This document shows, one piece after another, positions 37,401 through 47,300 of a stretch of 64,000 nucleotides of DNA. Where the stretch lies: contig JAPMXV010000006.1 of NCBI GenBank assembly GCA_026936335.1, forward strand, positions 62,001-126,000, given 5' to 3'. Below the pieces are notes generated by a model that saw nothing but the letters and a program-made list of their open reading frames with translations, did not search any database and was not told the DNA's origin. Every line of letters starts with the position of its first letter. Position 1 is the first letter of the stretch. The DNA is from Mantamonas sphyraenae STR306 (taxonomy: Eukaryota > Protista > CRuMs). The translations under genes were made by a program, and so were the position numbers.

Positions 37401-39986
37401 GTCAAGAAGGCAGGCAAGAAGGCGTCAAGCGCTCTGTTTGGCGGCAGTGATGACGAAGATGACACAAAGAGCCCCCTGGGCGGCGCCGATGTCAAAAAGG
37501 CTGCGAAGAAGACCACGAGTGCGCTGTTTGGCGGCAGCGACGACGAGGACGAGTCCAAGAGCCCGCTAGGTGGCGCTGATGTCAAGAAGGAGGCCAAGAA
37601 GGCAGGCAAGAAGGCGTCGAGTGCCTTGTTCGGCGGCAGCGATGACGAAGAGGAGGGTCCGCTGGGTGGCGCTGATGTCAAGAAGGAGGTCAAAAAGGCA
37701 GGCAAGAAGGCGTCAAGCGCGCTGTTTGGCGGCAGCGACGACGAGGATGACGCAAAGAGCCCCCTGGGCGGCGCCGATGTCAAAAAGGCTGCGAAGAAGA
37801 CCACGAGTGCGCTGTTTGGCGGCAGCGACGACGAGGACGATTCCAAGAGCCCGCTGGGTGGCGCTGGACTGAAGAAAGCCTCTGCAGCAGCCGCACAAAA
37901 GACTTCGACAGCCTTGTTTGGTGACAGCGATGATGAGGACGAGAGCAGTGTGCTGAGCAAGGCGACGAAGGCGAAGGAGGCGGCCCAGAAGCAAGCGGAG
38001 AAGGAAGCTGCGGCCGCAAAGGAGGCTGCAGCGGCGGCAGCAGCTAGCAAGAGCGAACAGGTGATCAACGTGCTGTCGTCATCGCCTGTGGACTCGCCGC
38101 TGGGCGGAGGCAAAGGCAAGACGACGCCTGTGGGAGTAAGCAGCGTGGCAGATATTCTGGGCAGCTCTCCTGCAGCCAGCACGGCGTCGCCTCTGGCCAG
38201 CACCGCCAGTGCAGCTGCGTTGTTTGGTGTCGACGTGAAAAAGAGCGGCAAAAAGGCGAGCGCAGCTGCAGACGACATCTTTGGCGCGGGGGCGAGTGCG
38301 GGCAAAGGCTCAAAGGGCAAGAAGAAGGGCGGCAAGAAGAAGAAGGGAGCCAAAAAGGCATCCAAGAAGGGCACATCGCTGGTCGGATCAGGGAGCACCG
38401 GCGACGCAGACGACATCTTTGCGGCACCGGCAAAGACGACTGCGGAGAAGAAGACGGCAAGCCCCGTGTCTGCCAGCCCCAAGGCCAGTCCCAAGGCAAA
38501 GAGCACGTCGTCATTGTTTGGCGACGATAGCGACGAAGAGACAAAGGAGCCTGTAAAGGTGCAAGCCAAGCGTGCGCCGACGCCGGAACCCGAACCCGAA
38601 CCCGAACCGAAGGCCGAGCCCGAACCCGAGCCCGAGCCCGAGCCGGTGGCGCAGCCGCAGAGCACGAGCACGACAACGACAACAACAACGAGCGTGGCAA
38701 AGCAGGCGTCGCTGTTTGGAGATGAGACCGGGGACAACGAGAAGGAGAAGGAAAGCGAGAAGGAAACAGCGGAGGCGGCCAAGAGTTCGGCACCGGCAGC
38801 AGGCAGGATTGCAGCGTTGCAAGGCCAGCTGAAATTTGGTGCAGGGATGCCGTTTGGAGGCATGGGTGGCGGTCCGCCGCCAGCACGGTCGTCTGGAGCG
38901 AGTGCAGGCAAGACGAGCAGCGGCGGCGGGGCGAGCGCAAGCAGCAGCAACCCTGGCAAGAAGCTGAGCAACCCTGCAGCAGCACGTTCCAAGGGAGCAG
39001 CGCGACGTCGCAGGCCGACCAAGAAGAGTGGCAGTGGAACGGTGGGTGGGGCGGCAGCGCGTCTGTCGTCTTCGTCTGCCTCGTCGTCTTCGTCGTCGTC
39101 GTCGTCTGGAGGCAGCTCGGATGCAGCCAAGCGTGCACAGCAGGTGCTGGAAGCGTCCAAGAACAGCACAGACAGCGCTGGTGAGGACGTGTTTGCCAAG
39201 ATGGAGGAAGCGGCAAAGGAAAAGGCGGCCCAGCCCAAGCCAAAGCCGCGCGGAGGCATGAGTATGCCCGGCATGGGCGCAGGAGGCCTGTTTGGCGCAG
39301 GTGGAGTACCCACTCTGCCGTCCAAGGCCAAGAAGGCTTCCTCCGAGGCTGCTGCAGCCGCAAAGAAGGAGGAGACCAAGGACGCGCAGGAGGTGTCCAA
39401 GCCTGCGATTCCTGCGCAACCGAAGCAGATCCCGGTCAAGGCCAGCCCCTTGGGAGGCGGTGGCAGCCTGTTTGGGTCGAGTGTGGAAGAGGAGGACAGC
39501 TTTGGACTGGGCAAGGAGGACGAGTTCAAGTCGCCGCTGGACGAGCCAGTGGGTCGCAAGAGCAGCGGAGGACGCAAGAAGGTGAGCACAAGCGACTCTT
39601 CGGGGCTGTTTGGAAGCACCCCGGACGACGAGGACCTGTTTGGAGGTGGCAGCAGCAAGAAGAAGGGAGCCAAGAAGAGCGAGAGCGCAGGGGCAGCTGG
39701 GCTGTTTGGCAGCTCACCCGCAGGCGGCGACGACCTGTTTGGCGGAGATAGCACGGGAAGTGGAGGTAAGGGCCGCAAGAAGAAGAAGAAGGGAGGAGCT
39801 GGCCTGGGCGGCGACGACAGCGGCAATTTGTTTGGGGATCCACTGGGCAAGGGCGACGACGAAGAAGGAGACCTGTTTGGTGACCCGCTGGGTGGCGGAG
39901 GAAGCAGTGGCAAGAAGAAGAAGAAGAAGAAGGGCAGCACGAAGCTGTTTGGTGACGACGATGATGATGGAGGACTGTTTGGTTGA
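34414..39986 (+). CDS. WASHC2: WASH complex subunit 2 (FAM21); exons 34414-34710, 34892-34963, 35178-39986
   Basis: N-terminal W.RPWSL..., W.L.SDAG.L.YL, NTFNKFHMLSNTQFIEN|RV; DPY..RPLPFIIGT; many LF-acidic (LFa) motifs; CPI-like LSNPAAARSKGAARRRRPT. Confidence 0.92.
37180..37935 (+). repeat. Coding tandem array of about ten ~60-80-bp units encoding KKAGKKASSALFGGSDDEE(E)GPLGG-type LFa repeats
   Basis: Near-identical repeats of tgtttggcggcagcgatgacgaagag... within FAM21 exon 3. Confidence 0.9.
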
Positions 39987-40019
39987 AGAGCGGCGGAGGC
40001 TCCAAACAAACCGCTTGAA

Positions 40020-40553
40020 ATGTACGCTTACAATGCACAGTGAAGCCTCACGCGCTGATTTCACACATACAGAGGGTTAGGGGTGTCGTTGACACACACT
40101 CACGCACGCACACACACACACACTACAGGAAGATTGACGGGATTGAGATCCCACGCACGCGAAAGCGCCGGGGACGCGCTCCGTGCCTGCCAGAGATGTA
40201 CAGCTTGATGGCCTGCTTCAACAAGTCCAACTTTGATGTGAATCGATGCCGCATGGAGGCGCAGAAGCTTGTGCTGTGTGCGTCGCAAGCAAAGGTGAGT
40301 TGGCTGCGCGAACCAGGTGCGCGTGCATTTCTCCGTTGCGCAGGGCCCCGAAACGCGCGCAGCGTGCTCTGCTGGGAGGCAGCGAGAGCAGGCGGCACAT
40401 ATAGGCTGTGTGGTGCGTTGTGTACATGCACGGAGGAGTATGTGCGTGTGGATACAGGCCCAGGAGAGGAGCTAACACGTAGAGACCACGCAGGCCGCTG
40501 GCAAGAAGACCAACACGATGAACTACCATCTGCTGCGCCTGGCCAAGAAGTGA
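40020..40553 (+). CDS. Mitochondrial ribosomal protein mS37 (CHCHD1/Mrp10-like, twin Cx9C); exons 40020-40021, 40129-40294, 40494-40553
   Basis: APCLPEMYSLMACF...RCRMEAQKLVLC (Cx9C...Cx9C) and the TMNYHLLRL tail. Introns gtacgc...cag and gtgagt...ctaac...cag. Confidence 0.8.
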
Positions 40554-40570
40554 TGAAACACACACACAGT

Positions 40571-41422
40571 TCATTGTTCTCCTTCATCGTTTGCTTCAAC
40601 CTGCACCACTTTGGCTCCGTTGTCTTCTTCCGCAGCCTCTGCCTGCTCTTCCAGCGCGTCCGGCTCACGCACCATGAAGAACATGGGATCGTGAAAGTCT
40701 GTGCGGTCCTTAGGGTTGACCACACGCACGTGCGACCATGTTTCGAAACCACAGTGCTCGTAGATCTGGCGGTCCAGGTCGCTCGGAGTCTCGAGATACA
40801 CCGGCGTTTGGTTCAGCATGCTGACATGGAAAAGCGCACGCATCAGCATCGACCCGAAGCCACGTCCCTGCATGTCTTGCTTGACACCCAGGGTGACCAG
40901 GTACCAAAACGGCGTTTCCGCCATGACCTGCTTGCGCATGGACGGGATGAAGCTTGACACGCCTCGGAATCGGCTGTTGGCAGGTCCCCATGAGCTGTCC
41001 ATAGGCGGCATGCCCAGCTTGGCCATGATGGACAGGCTGACAATGATCCCATCCGGATCGACACCCGGCTTGACGATGCAGGCGCCGCCGACAAGCTTTC
41101 CGTCTTCGTACGCGCCCAAAAGGAAGCCCTTCTTGGCGCCAAGGTACACCGTGAACTTGAGGCCAAAGCGCACCAGTTGCTGGAAGTGCTCTTCCTCCGT
41201 TTCTGCATCCAGTTCCTTGTTGCTGGCCAGCCAGTGCATCATCGCGTCCTTCTGAAATGCATCGACAAGCACGTCCGTCAGCTCGCTGACAGCCTCGTCG
41301 TCTGTGCCCAACACCCGAAGATCCTGGCCCTTGGCCTCCGCATACGACTTTACTGCCGCGTCGATTTCCTCCAACGTCGGCTCTTCAGCCAAAGGGGTTG
41401 TTTTCGAGTTTGAGTTTCCCAT
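40571..41422 (-). CDS. GNAT-family N-acetyltransferase (puromycin-acetyltransferase-like), possible N-myristoylation
   Basis: LVDAFQKDAMM, WYLVTLGV...QGRGFGSMLM (acetyl-CoA motif A), PVYLET, IYEHCGF; starts MGNSNS. Confidence 0.85.
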   Translation of the reverse strand: MGNSNSKTTPLAEEPTLEEIDAAVKSYAEAKGQDLRVLGTDDEAVSELTDVLVDAFQKDAMMHWLASNKELDAETEEEHFQQLVRFGLKFTVYLGAKKGFLLGAYEDGKLVGGACIVKPGVDPDGIIVSLSIMAKLGMPPMDSSWGPANSRFRGVSSFIPSMRKQVMAETPFWYLVTLGVKQDMQGRGFGSMLMRALFHVSMLNQTPVYLETPSDLDRQIYEHCGFETWSHVRVVNPKDRTDFHDPMFFMVREPDALEEQAEAAEEDNGAKVVQVEANDEGEQ

Positions 41423-41618
41423 CCGTCCTGTTCGTCTTGCAGTGCTTCCCATGGCGCGTGGACGGAAGCGCCATGTGTTCCCTTTGCAAGAAGCACCTGT
41501 GTTGCTCAGCCACCCCAATTCCATGCATGGCTGTGTTGAACGGTCACATGGGTGCAGCACACATGGCATGCAGACAGGCGCCCGCCTGGCCACCCACCCC
41601 TTCAACGAGCCCACGGAC

Positions 41619-43637
41619 ATGGTGCGTGTCAAACTCAACTGCAATTTCCCCCCGCCACCGTCGAAACAATGCCCAGCACACACACACACTCACTCACTCA
41701 CACACATCTGTTACACCCATTCCCCATGTGCCTGCAGAGTGAGCAGGCGATGGACGTCGAAGTGCAAAAGGACAGCCCGCAGGAGCTGGAAGCTCTCTTT
41801 GTCCAAGGTACGCAACCAAACGGGCGCACAGTGGCCTCCGACCACATATCCACCTATGGCTTATCACACCCAGTCCACGCTGTCCCCTACCACTGCCCAC
41901 GGGCTCGTGTGTCGCATTCCGGCTTTCGCGCGCACTCGCCTCTCGCTGACACACGAAACACACCGCATGTGTGCACGCACACACACGTCCTCCGTCCACA
42001 CGCCCCTGTGCGGTCGCCACCTGCGCACCATTGCTCGTCCGTGCGTGTCCTGTGCAGAGATGATGACCAAGCTCGGCATGGTGGCAAAGTCGACCAACAC
42101 GCGCGAGGAGCGCTTCCTCTTGCGTGTTCTGCGACAGACCAGCAGCATCCGCAAGAAGCTCAGCGTCAGCAGTCTGACTCGTGTTGTCGAGGCCACGTTC
42201 CCGTCCAACCATGCGTACAAACAGACCCTGCTCAACTCGCTCAAGGTACCGTTTCTGCCCTTGGCCCGCGCGCCAAAGAGGGCAATTCCGCCCTTCCGCA
42301 CCTCCCGTTCCCCGGGCCCCGGCCCCACTCACCACGCCCTCGCCCATCGCTCACCCTCGCATCTCCTGCCCCACCTTGCCCTTGCATGTCCTCCCGCCTT
42401 TCAGAGCGTCGACCAGCAGAGTGCCTCCAAGGCCCAGGCCGTCGCCAAGGACGACGGCGAAATGGAACTGGAAACGCCGATCAAGAGCAAGTCTTCCGGC
42501 TCCCTGCTTCCCGAGGTCGAAGCCTACGTGCGCCTCCTCGTCCTCATCCACCTCATTGACAACAACGCCTACCAGCAGGCTGTGGAGAATGCCACGCAGC
42601 TGCTCGAGTTTCTGGCCAAGCTCAACAAGCGCACCATGGACCCCATCAGCAGCAAGGCCTACTTTTACTTCAGCCGCGCCTACGAACTCAGCGGCCGCCT
42701 CAGTGAAATCCGCTCCACTCTCATCGCCCTCCACCGCACAGCCACCCTACGCCACGACGAACAGGGCCAGGCCACTCTGATCAACCTCATCCTCCGCAAC
42801 TATCTCAACTACAACCTCTACGAGCAGGCCGACAAGTTTGTCGCAAAGACCACCTTCCCTGAAAACGCAAACAACAGCGAGCACGCACGCTACTTTTACT
42901 ACCAGGGCCGCATCAAGGCCGTGCAGCTCGACTACACCGAGGCAGAGACCTTCCTCCAGCTTGCCCTGCGCAAGGCTCCCCAGTCGGGTGTCGTCGGCTT
43001 CCGCCTCACCACCACCAAGCTCATCACCATTGTCCAGCTGCTCATGGGCGAGATTCCCCTCAAGAGCACCTTCCGTGTGCCCGAGCTCGCCCAGGGTCTC
43101 CAGCCCTACTTTGAAATCACCCAGAGCGTGCGCGTCGGCGACCTCGCCACCTTTCACACTGTGGTCGAGGAGTACGCCGACCTGTTCAAGAGCGACAAGA
43201 CATACACCCTCATCGCTCGTCTGCGCCAGAACGTCATCAAGACCGGCCTGCGCAAGATCAACCTCTCCTACTCCCGCATCTCCTTTGAGGACATTTGGAT
43301 CAAGCTCAAACTCGACGGCCCCGAAGATGCAGAGGCCATTGTGGCCAAGGCCATCCACGACGGCGTCATTGACGCAACCATCGACCACGATGCTGGCTGC
43401 ATTCGCAGCAACGAGACCGTGGACATTTACTCCACCCAGGAACCCACAGAAGCCTTTGACAAGCGCATCCAGTTTTGCATCAAGATCTACAACGACTCCA
43501 TGCGAGCTATGCGCTACGCAGACGACGACGATGGCCACCAAGGCGAGAGCCTCGAGGACCGCATTGCACGCGAACACGAAGAGGAGGAGTTTGTCCTCGA
43601 CGATGAAGACGACGATGCTGGTGACGACCTGTTTTGA
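41619..43637 (+). CDS. PSMD3: 26S proteasome regulatory subunit RPN3; exons 41619-41621 (ATG only), 41738-41807, 42058-42245, 42405-43637
   Basis: RTATLRHD..GQATLINLILRNYL, ARYFYYQGRIKAVQLDY, RLRQNVIKTGLRKINLSYSRIS, YSTQEP..AF..RI. Three GT-AG introns restore the frame. Confidence 0.95.
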   Translation: MVRVKLNCNFPPPPSKQCPAHTHTHSLTHICYTHSPCACRVSRRWTSKCKRTARRSWKLSLSKVRNQTGAQWPPTTYPPMAYHTQSTLSPTTAHGLVCRIPAFARTRLSLTHETHRMCARTHTSSVHTPLCGRHLRTIARPCVSCAEMMTKLGMVAKSTNTREERFLLRVLRQTSSIRKKLSVSSLTRVVEATFPSNHAYKQTLLNSLKVPFLPLARAPKRAIPPFRTSRSPGPGPTHHALAHRSPSHLLPHLALACPPAFQSVDQQSASKAQAVAKDDGEMELETPIKSKSSGSLLPEVEAYVRLLVLIHLIDNNAYQQAVENATQLLEFLAKLNKRTMDPISSKAYFYFSRAYELSGRLSEIRSTLIALHRTATLRHDEQGQATLINLILRNYLNYNLYEQADKFVAKTTFPENANNSEHARYFYYQGRIKAVQLDYTEAETFLQLALRKAPQSGVVGFRLTTTKLITIVQLLMGEIPLKSTFRVPELAQGLQPYFEITQSVRVGDLATFHTVVEEYADLFKSDKTYTLIARLRQNVIKTGLRKINLSYSRISFEDIWIKLKLDGPEDAEAIVAKAIHDGVIDATIDHDAGCIRSNETVDIYSTQEPTEAFDKRIQFCIKIYNDSMRAMRYADDDDGHQGESLEDRIAREHEEEEFVLDDEDDDAGDDLF

Positions 43638-43735
43638 GCAGCACCACAGGGTGTGCCTCGTCTGTGTGGAGTGCAGTGCGAGCGATGGACATGCCAACAC
43701 AAGCCTCTTCTTCCACGGTTGATCACACATGACGC

Positions 43736-44074
43736 ATGAACCCTCGCACACTGGTTCACGTGTCGCAAGGCAAGTGGCACGTGTGATGCTTTTGACTGTC
43801 ATCCTATCCATGTTGTTGTCGCAAGGGCGTGGCGATCAAACGCTTCCTCCCCATCTCCCACAGACGGCTCATCGTCCCGTTCCGGCGTCGTGGTCGTCGT
43901 TGCAGGTGCCACAGGTGCCATTGGCAGCCGCGTGGTCCACCATCTGGCCTTGGACGAGCGTGTGGCCGAGGTGCGCACGCTCAGCAGACGGCCGATTTCC
44001 GACCAAGCTGCGACCGAGCTGTTTGAGCTCCCGGAATCCCATCTTTCCAAGGTTACGCGGTTTGTGGTCAATTA
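43736..44074 (+). pseudogene. 5' half of a TIP30/HTATIP2-like NAD(P)-binding oxidoreductase gene interrupted by the Fanzor element
   Basis: VVVAGATGAIGSRVV (Rossmann GxxGxxG), VRTLSRRP, KVTRFVVNY. Probable first exon 43736-43769 with GC-AG intron 43770-43863. Confidence 0.8.
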
Positions 44075-44385
44075 TAGGGGTTTGCGATTGCGCGCGCCCT
44101 CTTTCCCTGGTCCTGGATGGGGAACATACGTTGTCGAATAAAGTGCCTTGCCCGATCCTCTGCCACGACTGGTAGTTGATTGATGTCGCCCTGCGTCCTT
44201 GACCCACAAGGGCGCCGCCGGGCGCGTTGCGCTGCGCTCCCGTCAAGCAAACCATCAGGATCTTTTCCTATGCCGACACGTCTCGAATGTTTGATGATTG
44301 GCCATCCAAAATCACGCTGCAGAGTTGCCAGCATCGGGCAGTCCTTGTGTTGCACGGGGCCCGTTCCTCCACCGGGGCCAAGGAA

Positions 44386-47300
44386 ATGGATTTGGACGAA
44401 GGGTGGGCCGCGGTTTTGGGCTCCTCTCTGCCGGTGTCACAACCGGACTCCAAGCCATCTAGGGGCAATCGTCGGGACCTGCGAGCCTTTGTGAAGAGTG
44501 GCCTGGGTGTCCCCAATGTAGTGTCTGGTCACGCAGACCTTGCCCGAATCACACACGTGCAGGATGTTCCCTTTGGTCTGGTTCTGTTCAAGACGCTGGA
44601 CATGGACCACATTCCTGAACAGTGGAGCAGGGTCTACCCACGCAAGCGTCAGCACCAAGACAAAACCTGCATCCGCAGTGTCGTCCAGGAGCGAAGTGAG
44701 ACGCTGACAGCCTTTGATCATGTCGCAGCAGGCATTTCTGAAGATGGGCTTGTGTCCATAGGCAAGCTGCGCCCAGCCCAGCTGCTGGCGCGAGACGTCG
44801 TGCAGATGGTGAAACTGCAGTCAAAGGCCAGCGTGGTGTCGCAGGTCACGCTGCTTTTCGATCTTGGAGCATACTGTGAGTGCTTGACTGGGTGAGAGCC
44901 AAGCAAACAGTCCAACTCACACCTACATCTCGCACGCCGGTGGCAGACTATGCCCTCCAGGTCCTGCCGCTGGCGTCCACGCTGGTGGCGCAGAAGGCTA
45001 AAGTTGACGTTGCAGTCGAGGGCGCGCTTTCATTTTTCCGTACCTTCCAGGAGACTCTGCTGTCCACTGACTTGGATGTCAAGTGGCATGTTCAGGTAGC
45101 CCTCGATTCACACGGCCTTCTCTTTCCTGGGAAGGGTCAGGCATGGGATGACGGCAAGAGGAGCACGCACCTGCAGGATGTTTTGAAACGGTTTGAGAAC
45201 GCTGCACAACAGGTAGGGTACAGGGGCGATGCACGGGAGCAAAGACGATGCAGTAGGCTCACACACCACCACGACACAGAAAACCCGACCCATGGTGAAA
45301 GACGAGATGTACGGCATGTTCAAAGAGGAGTGGGAGGCACAAGGAGGTTTGAAAGGCGTTTCGCTCCTTTGGGAGGCTGGTGTGTCGGCGGATGACCATG
45401 TGCACGCGAAGCATGCTGAGATTAGCAAAGAGCATGGTCACTTTGGTATCTCAGTTGGGGTTGATAGCGATCTTTATGCACAGGTACCGCTAGCGGATTG
45501 CGCGATTGGCATCATTGACGCCCGCTCTGGCTGTGGGACGCTGGCTTCGCAGAAAGCGCGTCAGCACGGAGCTATTGTGGCCCTTTACGCTGGACGGGGT
45601 GATGCCGCACACGGCTGGCTCCGTCTCCCCCTGCCACTGGCGAAGGCGGCGGCGGAAGCCCTGTCGCTCCCCAAGCGAACGACTGCCAATTCCATGCGCT
45701 CCTGGCTGAATGATGCCCTAGCTCTTCGCAACGAGGACACGTTCGCTTGGTTAGACGACCATATGCAGGCTGCCACGGACGCGGACCTGGTGCTCGCGGG
45801 CAAGAAGATGCAGACGGCGCAAAAGCAGCTCGGGCTCCGCAGCGATCCGTGCGCCCTGGCTGAACCGCACAGTGATGATCTACAGTCAAAGAAGAGCAAG
45901 GAGCTGGCGGCACTGTGGGAACTGGTCAAGTGCGGTGCACGTGGGGGGCGCAAGATTTCGTCGATTTCGTACGTGCGCACTTTCTTCGGCCCGTATTTTG
46001 GTTTGAAGGCCTTGAAGGACTTGCAGGACGAGATTATGGGTGCATCAAAGGACAACGTGTTTCTGGTTTGTTTGAAAAGCCCTTCGAGCGTGGTGATTGA
46101 GCTTGGCGAGGAAGGGCCGAGCCTGCACACGGGTGTCTTCGGGTCGAACAACCACCAGGCCTACGTCCAGTGTGTGCAGCCTGGCAGAATGGCCAAGAAG
46201 AAGCGTGCGAAACACCGTTCCAGGAAGTCTAGGAGAGGCAAGGGAAAGCGGCGGCAAAGTGTACGCGTGAGGTCACTTCACACGGCGGACGCTGGCATGC
46301 TGGAGGCTATGGGAGGGGACATTGATGATGTGCCTGATGAGAAGCTTGTACTTTGTACCGGCGAGGGGAGCGACAGCGACCTACACAACCTTTTTGGTGG
46401 CGACGACGATTCGCAGATGCGCATCGGACGCACGGCCCTGCAAACACTGCACGGGCGACTGCGAAAGGACGCGTTCTTGTGCACGGTGCAGCTGCGGTTT
46501 GAGCTGGAAGGCAACATGTTGTCCATCTATGGCTGTGATGGGGACGTTGTAGTGTTGGCCGTGGCCACCCACGTGCGCGATGCCCTGCTGCGTGCCAATG
46601 CACAGCTCGCCGTCGATGAGGAGCAGCAGGCGCTGGCTGACAAAGAATCTGCACGCAGTATGAGTGTTGCCGAGGCATGCGAAGAGGTGCTGAGGATCGA
46701 GGAGGGCAAAGCAGACGAAGCAACGAAGCTCTTGCCCGACCTGACGGCCAGAGATGTGCAAGCTTACCTGGCTGCCGACCTGCGCAACAAAGAGATGGGC
46801 CATCTGCGCAGTGTGCTAGGGATCGCACAGCACCCAACGACGTTCAACGTTGCCCCGGAAGCAGATACGCTCGGCGATCCGTTGTTCAAGCTCTTGATTG
46901 TGTTTGGCGAGATGGCCAACGGGATGGCGCGAGCTGCCTTTCGTTGCTTGACCATAGCCATGGACGAGCTGGGTTCAAGTGCAGAGGGAGGGACGGAGCC
47001 AGAAGGTACGGTGGTGGAAACAACGCGCAAGCGCAAGCAGGTGGTTCTTCTTGCTGCGCCAGTGCACCAGGGTGAAGACGTGCAAGACGACTTTGAGGAA
47101 GATGATGATGACTTTGTGCAAGTGCTCAGCTCTGGGGAGGAAGATGAAGAGGAGGAAGAAGAAGAGGACGACGATGACGCCGATCATCTGGAGGTGGAGG
47201 AAATGAGCGATGGAGGAGAGGAAGAGGACGAGGACGTGGTGCAAGGTGAAATCGGCACTGCGTTCTTCGAGGATAAGGGCCTGCTTGTGGCCTTTGTGCG

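Noticed and set aside
34886-40009. 632-aa and 1052-aa minus-strand ORFs
   Set aside because: Antisense shadows of low-complexity FAM21.
44227-45395. ORFs 44227-44895 and 44880-45395 as a separate transposase gene
   Set aside because: No transposase motifs; canonical introns join them in frame to the Fanzor ORF.
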